Source: a virus | Taxonomy: Duplodnaviria; Caudoviricetes | DNA length: 55,499 nucleotides | Virus record (IMG/VR): IMGVR_UViG_3300030207_002164 | Location: 1-55,499 of that record | Strand: one strand, 5' to 3' | In this document: piece after piece, positions 35,601-45,100 of the stretch | Numbering within the stretch: the stretch's first letter is position 1 | How the letters are laid out: each line of letters begins with the position of its first letter | Program-made: the position numbers and the translations under genes | The notes under the pieces: model-generated | The model's input: the letters and a program-made list of their open reading frames with translations, nothing else | Told to the model about the DNA's origin: nothing | Database searches by the model: none

Positions 35601-38600
35601 ACTGATTATGGTTACTCTATGGTGGATGGAGCTATAGGACCTGGATCAAGCAGAGGCGGGCAAGAGGCTATTCACGCTTATGCTAATATAGTATATTCAG
35701 GAGCGGGAACTTACAAGCCTGGTAGTGTTACTGGAGAGGTAATTTTTGCTGGTAGGATAGGCCCTAGGGGGCACTTTATAGGTGCAATGACAAAAAATGT
35801 AAATGCTGGCGATGAAACTCCTTATGCAAAATTCTCAAAACAACAGCTTTTGCCTTTATTTGGTGGAGGCTTTTTAGCAGAAGACGGTTTTCAATATTCT
35901 AATAAAACACAAAACGCAGACTACAGCGATTTAGACGGATATAATTACACATATAGAAGTAAAATATTAGAAACAGGTCAAATTCAGGACGCTTTAGACG
36001 CTCTTGAGGCATACTCTCTAAACGAAGCCATATACAACCCTTCGGCTAAATATCATGGAGATCCTAACAGCCTTGCTAGCGAAAATGATGCTGAACTTGA
36101 TTTATTTACAATAAGCACTTTACAGACTGCGGAAATAAGAATTGATTCTCTAGAAGCTCAAGTTTATTCACCTGACGAAGTAATTGCAGGCGGAAGATCG
36201 TTTAAAACAAGAGCTACTCATGCTTTTGGTGTCGTATATTACGACGAAAGAGGTCGAAGCGGCAATGTAAACCCTATAATATTTCAGCAAGTTGCTCAAG
36301 GTAGCGAACCTTTTGTTAGTAAAAATTCTGAAGGTGTTTATGTAAAAGGATATTCTGATGAAGAAAGATCAGAAAAGGGCAGGGTGTCTATGGAAATAGA
36401 ATTACTTAATGACCCTCCAGAGTGGGCTCACCATTATCAAATAGTTTATGCTGGAAACGTAACAAAGGGTAATTTTATACAGTATAGCACAGGAGGTGCA
36501 TTTATTACAAACTTTGCTGAGTCTAATTTTCCTGATGCGTTTATGCCGCCAGAAGATTTGCGAAGCACCAACATATATGTATCTTTAAATTACCTACAAC
36601 ATAATAAAGATGTATCGTATGCCGAAGCATTTGGTGCAGTATCTCCACTAGGAAATAAAGACTTGTACATTTACAAACCTGGAGATAAGCTTAGGGTGTT
36701 AGCATACTACGATACTCCTGGACAGAGACAATGGCCTCACCAGTATGAATTTGACGTTCTTGGTCAGGTAGAATTACCAGCTGTAAAAGACGACAATGAG
36801 TTATATAGAGCGTTTCAAGACAACCTAGACGCAGGACCGCTTATGGCAGATGTTAGAACTGGTCAGTTTTTAATATTAAAGAATAACCCAAAAGCTGTAG
36901 GGTTTAGCTATAATGAAGTTAAGCAAGCTCAGAATTTAGAGACAACGAACTTTCACAATTGGAACAATATATGTACCGTAGAGATATATTCTCCTTCAAA
37001 AATTGCAGACTTAGAGGAAAAATTCTACTATGAAATAGGCGCTGTATTTGATATACTCAAAGATGAGAACGGTAATGTATATCATAAATCTAACCCTGTT
37101 GAAATTAGCAGAGGTGATGTTTGGTTTAGAACCACAGCTTTAGCAGTCCCAGAGTTTGAAGAGGTAGCTGAACTGGACGGTGGAGACCCTAATCCTAACT
37201 TTGAGATGTATAAAAACTTAATACTGTTTAATACAGATCAAGAAAACGACCAAGGTAAGAGTACGCCTAGATTCAAAAACTACTATGTAGAATCTATGAC
37301 TTTTAATGATACGTTTGCTGGAAATGATGTGTTAGGTATAGGTAAGCCTAAAGTTATAAGGTCAGACGAGGGTCAGATTAGAAAAAGAGCTTCTGTTATA
37401 TATTCTGATAAACATATATTTAACAGAAATAATATTAAGTTTCCTTCATTTAATGGTAGTATTGGTAATTTTAAAGACCTACCAAATGAGTATGGAGCTA
37501 TAAATTATATACAAAACAATTACGACTCTCTTCTGTGTATACAGGAAAACAAATCAAGTTTATCTCCAGTAGAAAGAAACATCATATCTGATGCTGGGAA
37601 AAATGAAAGCTTAGTTACAACAAGCGACATAATTGGAGTTCAAGCATTTTTTGCAGGTGAGTACGGTGCAGACAACAACCCTGAGTCTGTTGTTAGAACA
37701 GAGGCTGCTACGTATTTTGCTAGTAAATCAAAGAGTGAGGTATATAGGTTGACGTCAGAAGGAATACAAATCATATCTGAAGAGGGTATGAAGTCGTATT
37801 TCTACAGAATTTTTGAAGAAGCTAAAAGGCTACAGGCTGAAGGCGGTGGTAAAATTTACATACCAGGAGGGTATGACCCTCTTAAGGATGAGTTTTTAAT
37901 TACGATTTCAAATCTACCATATATAGCAACCACTGGTGTTCATGAATACGATCAACCTCAAGACGGTGAGCTTATACCAGACCCCGTAGATCTTGAAGAT
38001 CCTACAGAACCTATCGTTGGGTGTATGGATCCTGCAGCAGAAAACTATGATCCTGACGCAACAATACCATGTAGACCAGACGCAGAAACAGGCGTAGATT
38101 GCTGTAAATACCCTGAAGAAGGTTGTGCGGATCCAGTGGCTACTAACTACAACCCACTAGCAGAGCAGTCTTGTGCAGACTGCTGTGTGTACTTCGATCC
38201 TTGTTCTTTTGATGAGTTTTCTGAAAATCCAGACGGAAGCGTTACTCCATCAGACATATTATACATATGGGAGGAGGTTATCCCTCAGTTAACGCCTGAA
38301 GAAATTCAATTACTTGGTTGGGATTTTGCTTGGGTAAATCCAGAAACATTCAGTCACAATGGGTTAGGCATGCCTCCTGAAGACAGTTACAACGTATATA
38401 CTGGAGGTCCAGTAGGTACAGAAATGGGTGTACCTTGGGACTTTCAGCAAGGGGTAGCGGGAAGTCCGTTTGGCACATTCGCTAGCGCTTACAACTTTGC
38501 TCTAGCTGTTTATGCTGGGGCAAGCGGTTATAACGTAGGACCTTGGACGTCAAACACAAAAAATTGTCCAGATACACCAATTATTGCTCCAGGTGACGAT

Positions 38601-39794
38601 ACAACTCAGCCGATATTTAATCCTTGTGATTACCCTAGACTTCTTGATGAGGATGGAAACTTAACTACATTCTCAGTACTTCAAGCTGTAACAGTACAAA
38701 CTGAAGATGGAGGGTACATAGTTGACGAATCTCTAGTGCCTGATGAAGTAACATTTAATCAGTTAATGGCTCTAGCTTTACAGGGTAATGTATCTTGTGT
38801 AGAAACTGGTTACGAAGAACCTGAAGTAGGTATAGACGGGGAGGACTATGACTATCCTTTTAACATTTGTAACTACTTGAACCCAGAAACAAATACTATT
38901 GATATTGCATATAGCGCACCTTTATTTAATTTAGATGCTGCTGCAAACGGGTGGGATTTAGAGTATGTAGAAATATTTAGTCAATACGTTGGGCTAAGCG
39001 GTTCTGAGATTGGCTGTACAGATCCTACTATTGGATTGGATGACGATGTTATAGTTGATGACGATGATGGATTCTCTGAAGATGAGTTAAATGACTTTGA
39101 AGATGCTGATCCGCCGCCACCGCCGCCAGAACTTCCATTTTGGAATCCTTGCACTGTAGAAGAGTGGATAAATCCTGATGGATCTATTTCTGTGTTAGCT
39201 GCTTTAGATTTGCTAGGCGAGGGTGTTGAAGGAATACCAGGTCTACCAGAGGGTTATACCGAACAAAATGTTATAGATATAGTTCTTGGATATGCAACAG
39301 GAGGGTGTCCAATACCAGATGTACTAGAACCGCTTCCGTACACAGGTAGTCTGTGTGATTATAATCTTGGATCACCTCAAAATCCATCAGCTATAACAAA
39401 CGATAGCCTTCTATTTCATTTTAACCAGGTTATAAGTCAAATATCTGATGGAAGCATAACTCTAGCTGAGTCGACATACCTATTCCCTGATTTAAATAAT
39501 GACGGGGGTGTTGGAACTGCTGACTTACAGATATTGTTGTCAAATGAAATTCAATCTCAGCTACCAATAGACTGTGAGTATATAGTAGATCCAGATGATG
39601 AAGATGTTAATATAACTGAGCCTACAGTAAGGAGCACTTACAGCGGACCTCAATTCATCCCGTCAACACCAGCTCAAAGCGTTCAATCAAGTAATAACAA
39701 CGAAACTACTACTCTAAATAAAGTTGCTATAAAGAGCAAAACAAAAGAAACAAGATCTAAATTAAGATCTCATAAAAGAAAATATAGATATTAA
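32649..39794 (+). CDS. tail nozzle/stabilisation protein (P22 gp10-like) N-part with large insertions and a Cys-repeat/dockerin-like C-terminal extension
   Basis: YFTDNINEPRKI, FQFAYQ, DRLMYSNYVEGYD, FGVVYYDERGR, GEYGADNNPES, GGYDPLKDEFLIT; then GCMDP repeats and PDLNNDGGVGTADLQILLS. Confidence 0.8.
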   Translation: MAVNKIRPRKINSAADSRLRKSDEMLDAVNLVATHDFRDSGDTTEGNDSSGNAGVLKPCRGNGFVPPHTDVIDGVPNDLEKRVLGSVTDHEANVVYLFLWCEEAKYQGVYAYDPTGYLPGSTENFDGYRKVYTSQQFNFVSDSFIKGDIVRIENKYFYSLNNINRALFNSRSDKRGTSLETISDDNLADHLTQIYDTQPIIYFTDNINEPRKIHPFRALVENHNNYDLVDVKDFITACPKTPLYPITAKFETDPTDPTSSFEGISGFQFAYQHIYKGGEESALSTFSDIVVPNAYYQQGANETADLSVNNKCVLTIPHRNQYFENVFNEDTASVESVLSAEVYGRTKEINKIRILSRMGNEGAWITVEEIDVPADGLLYGEDITYDFYNRQVFAGFNKNDAIKQFDNIPQKAEGQAVVSDRLMYSNYVEGYDNVDVKARVRVRYHDRPEDFIDQEIKVTPTIKHVADHAGYGSYAGGAAGRKEKTVGYHIDTQGLPPTITENGTVDLFITVSPHRNWHIYNTKNSFHGSRHLSLDLGEEITPSQDLSVVEGGEVLLDTATSVVGPETWGLKQTEAEARGGSGFNDRMDKFFGANNGVSVGELGDFTWNTVSSQHDFLNGRSCKAVFGTSAANPLILRGQPLSFFVTLQATQDINEAQNAIRNALIASLTDQSLEVGDNTGSFLIVNLQRDFSYVINEGLPGGDIETDAGESIESPFRIPVLSGSDSRKHLICAVGNGDIINESSSEYSLTHQSPCGYFIVNKANVTFGLRNAGNGFMHLRIKDVSNVDIQTCIPFMNAERLDSGADDNNSLNYVEPQQSPQSDSDKWGLRDATMWSLDELIVDSWYCYSKEFMQSGNFNPRIYTPTPTDFPRYMNGEGGGSYSWGDLNPECTNNGQGKNSAIVSISAFNNLFYTPENWEYRYEGDGLGQGGWKDAWHIPFQRAVDHMALTGDNAGTFQAPSNTENNGRMRIMGYLNGNYDDIYDTDYGYSMVDGAIGPGSSRGGQEAIHAYANIVYSGAGTYKPGSVTGEVIFAGRIGPRGHFIGAMTKNVNAGDETPYAKFSKQQLLPLFGGGFLAEDGFQYSNKTQNADYSDLDGYNYTYRSKILETGQIQDALDALEAYSLNEAIYNPSAKYHGDPNSLASENDAELDLFTISTLQTAEIRIDSLEAQVYSPDEVIAGGRSFKTRATHAFGVVYYDERGRSGNVNPIIFQQVAQGSEPFVSKNSEGVYVKGYSDEERSEKGRVSMEIELLNDPPEWAHHYQIVYAGNVTKGNFIQYSTGGAFITNFAESNFPDAFMPPEDLRSTNIYVSLNYLQHNKDVSYAEAFGAVSPLGNKDLYIYKPGDKLRVLAYYDTPGQRQWPHQYEFDVLGQVELPAVKDDNELYRAFQDNLDAGPLMADVRTGQFLILKNNPKAVGFSYNEVKQAQNLETTNFHNWNNICTVEIYSPSKIADLEEKFYYEIGAVFDILKDENGNVYHKSNPVEISRGDVWFRTTALAVPEFEEVAELDGGDPNPNFEMYKNLILFNTDQENDQGKSTPRFKNYYVESMTFNDTFAGNDVLGIGKPKVIRSDEGQIRKRASVIYSDKHIFNRNNIKFPSFNGSIGNFKDLPNEYGAINYIQNNYDSLLCIQENKSSLSPVERNIISDAGKNESLVTTSDIIGVQAFFAGEYGADNNPESVVRTEAATYFASKSKSEVYRLTSEGIQIISEEGMKSYFYRIFEEAKRLQAEGGGKIYIPGGYDPLKDEFLITISNLPYIATTGVHEYDQPQDGELIPDPVDLEDPTEPIVGCMDPAAENYDPDATIPCRPDAETGVDCCKYPEEGCADPVATNYNPLAEQSCADCCVYFDPCSFDEFSENPDGSVTPSDILYIWEEVIPQLTPEEIQLLGWDFAWVNPETFSHNGLGMPPEDSYNVYTGGPVGTEMGVPWDFQQGVAGSPFGTFASAYNFALAVYAGASGYNVGPWTSNTKNCPDTPIIAPGDDTTQPIFNPCDYPRLLDEDGNLTTFSVLQAVTVQTEDGGYIVDESLVPDEVTFNQLMALALQGNVSCVETGYEEPEVGIDGEDYDYPFNICNYLNPETNTIDIAYSAPLFNLDAAANGWDLEYVEIFSQYVGLSGSEIGCTDPTIGLDDDVIVDDDDGFSEDELNDFEDADPPPPPPELPFWNPCTVEEWINPDGSISVLAALDLLGEGVEGIPGLPEGYTEQNVIDIVLGYATGGCPIPDVLEPLPYTGSLCDYNLGSPQNPSAITNDSLLFHFNQVISQISDGSITLAESTYLFPDLNNDGGVGTADLQILLSNEIQSQLPIDCEYIVDPDDEDVNITEPTVRSTYSGPQFIPSTPAQSVQSSNNNETTTLNKVAIKSKTKETRSKLRSHKRKYRY

Positions 39795-39796
39795 TT

Positions 39797-40849
39797 ATGC
39801 ACGGTAAAACAATAGCTTTTGACAATAGAGCTAAGTTCTGGAAGACCAGATACAGCTTTGTACCTACGTGCTATGCGTATGTAGATAAAAAATTTATGTC
39901 TTGCAGGAGCACAACAAATTCAGATCTTTTATGGAGGCATGATCTCAAGTTAAGACCATTTAACAATTTTTATGACACTCAATATAAATCGTCCCTAAAA
40001 GCTAGTTTTAATGATAACTTATCTGTAAATAAGCTATATAAAAGTTTGTCTTTAGAAGGCACAGAAAATTTATCTGGGGGTCAGTCAAGGTTTCTTGCTA
40101 ATAGCACATCTCAACCTGCTCAGATGAGAGATGCCGTTGTTGGAAGATTAGAAGAAAAAGGCGGTATATTGTATGCGCCGCTGGGGAGGGGCACAAAAAC
40201 AACAAATAGCAACCTTAATGCAATAGGAGTTGCTAGATCTATTACACCTCTATTTGAAACTCGTGCATCGACTCAACAGGAACTTTTATCTATTATCTCT
40301 ACAGGTGAACTTATATACGGTTATAATTACGATCTAAAAAAGTTTTTTTTAGAGGTGGATTTTTTCACGCATAACTTTATGTCTTCTAACACATTTAAGA
40401 TAATATTTGGAGGGGCTAATGGCTTTTTAGGGGAAACAACTGACAATGTATCAAATGGCTCCTACAACAACACAACCGCCTATTATTTAAACAGCACATT
40501 AGTTAGCCCATCTGGCGTTTCAAAAGCTACTATTGATGGTAGAAACGGTATTATCGTTGATTTAGAATATGAACAAACTTCTGAAATAATGTTAGATATT
40601 TTACAGGGGCAAATAGATCTTTATTTTGATCTTGGTAATAATCTTTCTGACGACCTAAGCGGTAGATTTTCTGCTGGTAGTCCTGCCGTAGTGTACATGT
40701 TAACTCCAAACAAAATTAATGGGGCAGATCCAAAAGGTCAATATGCAGACTTAGAGTTAGATTTGGGTGTAAGCGGAACAGAAGATTTTGAGCTAGATCA
40801 AATAAATTTAAACTATGAACCAACTAGGTTGGACCACGGAAGCAATTAA
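39797..40849 (+). CDS. C-terminal moiety of the tail nozzle protein as a separate gene
   Basis: Starts KTIAFD...WKTRYSFVP; FND..SVNKLYKSLSLEG, KGQYA...FEL..IN motifs resemble nozzle C-termini. Confidence 0.65.
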   Translation: MHGKTIAFDNRAKFWKTRYSFVPTCYAYVDKKFMSCRSTTNSDLLWRHDLKLRPFNNFYDTQYKSSLKASFNDNLSVNKLYKSLSLEGTENLSGGQSRFLANSTSQPAQMRDAVVGRLEEKGGILYAPLGRGTKTTNSNLNAIGVARSITPLFETRASTQQELLSIISTGELIYGYNYDLKKFFLEVDFFTHNFMSSNTFKIIFGGANGFLGETTDNVSNGSYNNTTAYYLNSTLVSPSGVSKATIDGRNGIIVDLEYEQTSEIMLDILQGQIDLYFDLGNNLSDDLSGRFSAGSPAVVYMLTPNKINGADPKGQYADLELDLGVSGTEDFELDQINLNYEPTRLDHGSN

Positions 40850-40854
40850 TTTAG

Positions 40855-40862
40855 TAAATTTG
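40855..40862 (+). promoter_or_regulatory. -7 element TAAATTTG at head of ejection-protein operon
   Basis: Consensus match before ATG 40870. Confidence 0.65.
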
Positions 40863-40869
40863 CAGTAGT

Positions 40870-42132
40870 ATGGCAGCAAGAGATATATTAAAACTCCTTA
40901 ATAACAGGAGAAATAGGGGTGAAAAGGTGAAGTCTTTTCAGCCTGGCGGCAGAATAGAATACGTGGGTGATGTTCCTGGTCTTTCACCAGACTTTGTTCA
41001 AGCTTTTGCAGACTATTTAAATACTCCTGTCGAGGATAGGCCAGATCCAGGAAATTCAGGAATTGGCGGTAGTTACGTGTATTATGAAAATCCAGAGGAC
41101 GCATATCAAGCAGCTGTAGAGTCTCTTACGACGCAAATAACTGGGGGCGCACCGCAGCTTTACGGAACTGAAAACATTTCAGATGCGGATTTAAGAGGTT
41201 CGGTAACAACTCAGTCAATTCTTAAAGACTTAGGGATAGAAGAGTATAAGGACTATGAAGCACCAGTAGTCACTGATGTTATTGATACAACTGGAGCTGA
41301 GGGCGGAGCTGGAAGTGGTTCTGGTGTCAAAAACACTAATTTTGTAGACCCCACAAAAGGCACACAGGAGGTAGAGTACGAAGTGGGTACAATGGGTGAT
41401 ATTGGGAGCATACTTAAAGGTGCTTCTTTAATTGGTGATATCGGTAGTTTAATTACAGCGGGAGATAGACAAGAAGAAACCGTTAAAGCCTTTGAGGACG
41501 CTGCTGACGTAGCTGGAGATCCTAGCGTAGTAGATCCTTCAGCAAGAAATTTAGCTTACTTACAGGCGAGAGGTGATGATAGTGAAAGAGCGTCTACGTT
41601 AGCTACGCTTATACAGCAGGGAGTAAATCCAGCTCAGGCTGCACAAATTATTCAAAAACAAAAAGACGCTGCTTTAACTCAACTCATTAATGCGGAACAA
41701 TCGTATCAGCAGCAAGTTTTTACAGCCAAAGAAAGAGGTAGACAAAGAAGACTGCAGTTTGATATGATGGCTACACAAGCTGGACTACCTATAGACTACT
41801 GGGGTCAAGCTGGTCAAATTGTAAGTAAAGCTGGGGACTTAGCTCTTGGTCTTGAAGGACTTTATAATCCAGCTCCTGAAGTAAAAACAGACAAAAAAGC
41901 TCAGGGAGGTACTTTTAAGACTGGCGGTGCTTTTTCTCATGAAACTAACCCTCTTACACTTGTAACAAAAGATGGTGAGATAGCTAAGGATACAAAAGGT
42001 AGAACAATGGAATTAACTGGACAGGAGTATGTTGTGCCAGAAAACAAAGTAGATGCAATACAGAGCCTACCTCCAGACGAAGCTTTGAAAGCTTACAATA
42101 GAATGTTTAATGAATTTGATAAACAAGCGTAA
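40870..42132 (+). CDS. internal virion (ejection) protein
   Basis: Gln/Ala helical stretch; FQPGG and AQGG tags; FSHETNP...ELTGQEYVVP C-domain. Confidence 0.75.
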   Translation: MAARDILKLLNNRRNRGEKVKSFQPGGRIEYVGDVPGLSPDFVQAFADYLNTPVEDRPDPGNSGIGGSYVYYENPEDAYQAAVESLTTQITGGAPQLYGTENISDADLRGSVTTQSILKDLGIEEYKDYEAPVVTDVIDTTGAEGGAGSGSGVKNTNFVDPTKGTQEVEYEVGTMGDIGSILKGASLIGDIGSLITAGDRQEETVKAFEDAADVAGDPSVVDPSARNLAYLQARGDDSERASTLATLIQQGVNPAQAAQIIQKQKDAALTQLINAEQSYQQQVFTAKERGRQRRLQFDMMATQAGLPIDYWGQAGQIVSKAGDLALGLEGLYNPAPEVKTDKKAQGGTFKTGGAFSHETNPLTLVTKDGEIAKDTKGRTMELTGQEYVVPENKVDAIQSLPPDEALKAYNRMFNEFDKQA

Positions 42133-45100
42133 TGTCTGAACAAGGATTTACAGCCTCTTTAACTGCGTTAGCTAATCAAAAGCGTGCAGCGCTTTTACAA
42201 GAGCGAACTAGGTTACAGAATGAAGAAAACTCTAGAGCTCAAGCTATAAACGAGTTGTCTGGGTTTAATGCAGCGAGTATAACAAACCCGCATATGAGAG
42301 CTGCGTTTGAGCAGCAAATAAGAGACGTTCAAGACTACATTAGTGGTGTAGGAGAATATGAAGGTCAAGAGTATGATGTTGTAGGATTTGCTAGAAACTT
42401 AAGAAAGATTACAAATTCATACAACAGTATGATAGGTCATAATAATGAAGATGTAAAGAACGGAAGGTCGACGCTTCTTACTAGCGCAACCACTTCAGCT
42501 GAGGACTCTAGAATGAGCGAAATGGGTGGTATTGGTACAGGTAAAAGAATTTACAGTAACAATAGCTTAACGACTCTTGAAAACGCTGATCAATACCATA
42601 ATAATTACTTTGAGCCAGTTATGGAGAACGGTAAGTATGTGTATGACGAAAACGGTGGGCTTATGGGGAGAGAGGTTTTATTAGATGAAAACGATAAACC
42701 TGTGATTGACCCTGAAACAGGAGAGTTTAGGTATGATTCTGAGGTTAAGAGTATATACGAAATGCATGCTTACGCTAATGCATCAAATTATTCTGGGGAA
42801 ACAATAGAAGCTGATTTACCAAGTATTATGGATATCGCTCAAAGCGATCCTGCAAAAAATAGATTAACTTTTATCAAAAGCACTTACGATTCACAAGATT
42901 ACGCAAGAATAGGTACTAACCCAGAAGATATTCACAGAGATGCGGTGGGGCGACTATTTGAAGACTGGTGGACAACGGACTCACCCATGGCTAAAGATTG
43001 GAGGGAGTCAATTTTATTTGACACTCTTAAAAGAGCTGGGCAGGGTACGTTTGAGCTAAGCGAAGAAGATCAACTGAAATTTATTAACGGAGAAGAGTTA
43101 AGCGTTGCTGGCCAGGCAGAGCTTGATAATATTAGAAATTTTGCTGAAAACATATACTACAACGAGAGTTACTCAACGCCTCAGATTAAAGGCGACGACG
43201 GTGGCGGCGGCGGTGGCGATGATCAGGACGCAATATTTAATACCTCTTTATTCAGAACTGTAAATACTTCAACTTACAACCCAGATACAAGAAGGTTTGA
43301 TATTGGAGAGGGAGGCGCTCAAAGAGACATGAGAGGTCTTGTGAACACTATTGAGGTTACAGGATCAAATGTGGAGGGACTGCCTGCTGGAGCGCAAGGC
43401 TATACAATACAGAATATTGGTGTTAACCCTATGAACACAGAAAATCCAGGAGCTATGTTTGCAACAATTGCTATTGAAGTGCCTGTAACAGACGATGACA
43501 ACCCTCTTGGCTTAGACATAGGTGAGAACGGAACAGTTATACAATATGTTGATGTGCAAGTAGGTCCAAATATGGGTGGTCTTGGTGAAGAGATATTTAA
43601 CACTCTGGGAACTGGTGACAATTTAGTTTATCAGAATTACTTACTTGAACAAAGAAATGCAGCTTTACCTTCAGATCCTGATGAGTTTGCAGCATTCGAA
43701 GAAACTATGGAGTTAATCGAGGCTGATAGAGCTATAGTTGAAAGGTCTACTCAAGGAGCAAACCTATATTCTGCAGCTCTAGATGATATACCTGGATACG
43801 CAGAAGGCGGTACTTTGAGGGGGGACATTCAAGAGAGACTGAACGATCATACAGCTTATACTGGAGACAATGAGGAATACAGAGAACTAGGACTTACTGT
43901 ATCTGAGGTAGCTCAACAAGAAATATACGACAACTTTACCGAAGACAATTACATGGATGTGTATGGGGCTGGTATAGGCGATAGTTTCAAAGGTTTGTTT
44001 ACTCTTGGAGGAATAAGCCCTCAAGATGTTAATAAAGATGCAAAACAAGATTATAACCAAATCAAAAATGTATTACCAAACCCTGTAGAAGACGCTAAGA
44101 GAAGAAAAACAGAAGGTGATGCAGAAGCAAGAAGAGAAGAAGTAGCAGAAGAAAGACGCCAAGAGCAGAGAGATGAACGACGAGAAGAGGAAGATAGAGC
44201 AGAGGAATTAAAAAATAGAAGGATACAGAGAAGACAAGAAACTAGAGATCTTCAAGATGAATTAGGATATCAAGATGCAGAATCATATGCTGTGGACCCT
44301 GAAACAGGAGAAAGAATTTATGAATTTGAAGGCCCTGAAGGAGAAGATGAAATATTCCAATTGCTTATAAATAACCCTATTGATAGCAGAGCTGGTAGAT
44401 ATTTCAAAGAGCTTCAAAGAAGAGCTGATGGCGAAGAGCCAAGAAAGGTTACTTACTCATCCGAGGATGGAGTACTAACTATCGAAGGTGAAGAAAAAAC
44501 TGAACCTGATGGAGGTATCGCACAATGGGAAACAGAGATAATAGTTCCTAGCGGATATAACAACCCAGATAAGACTCTCAAAACACAAGCTTTTGATCGC
44601 TATGTTGAAATGTTTGAGATTCTTGGACACCCATTCCCTGAGGCTGCTGCAGCGCAAGGTGCTGTTGAGTCTAACTGGGGTAGCCAGATGCCTAACAACA
44701 ACTTCTTTGGTATGAAAGCTGGAAGCGCAAACAAAACACAAAAAGCACTGAGGGAGGCTGGAGTTGACTTTACTATAGACTATATACGAACTGAAGAGGT
44801 TGTTGATGCTGCAACTCTTAAAAGGCTTGAAAAGAAACACGGAAACTTATTAATAAATAAAGGGAAGGATACAACAGATCCAACCAAAACTAGAGTATCA
44901 ATTCCTGGAGAACCATTCCTAGTGTTCGCTACACCAGAAGACGGTTTTAAAGGGTATATGGCGTTTATAAAACAAAACTTCCCGAAAGCCCTAAAAGCTA
45001 AAACTGGTAAAGCATACTTAGAAGCATTGCAAGATGGAGGATATGCTACTGCTACAAACTATGTTTCAGGAATTATAGCTAGAGCTGAATCAGCTGACAG

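Noticed and set aside
43192-43222. GGC microsatellite as a phase-variation tract
   Set aside because: In-frame poly-Gly linker; length change would not shift frame
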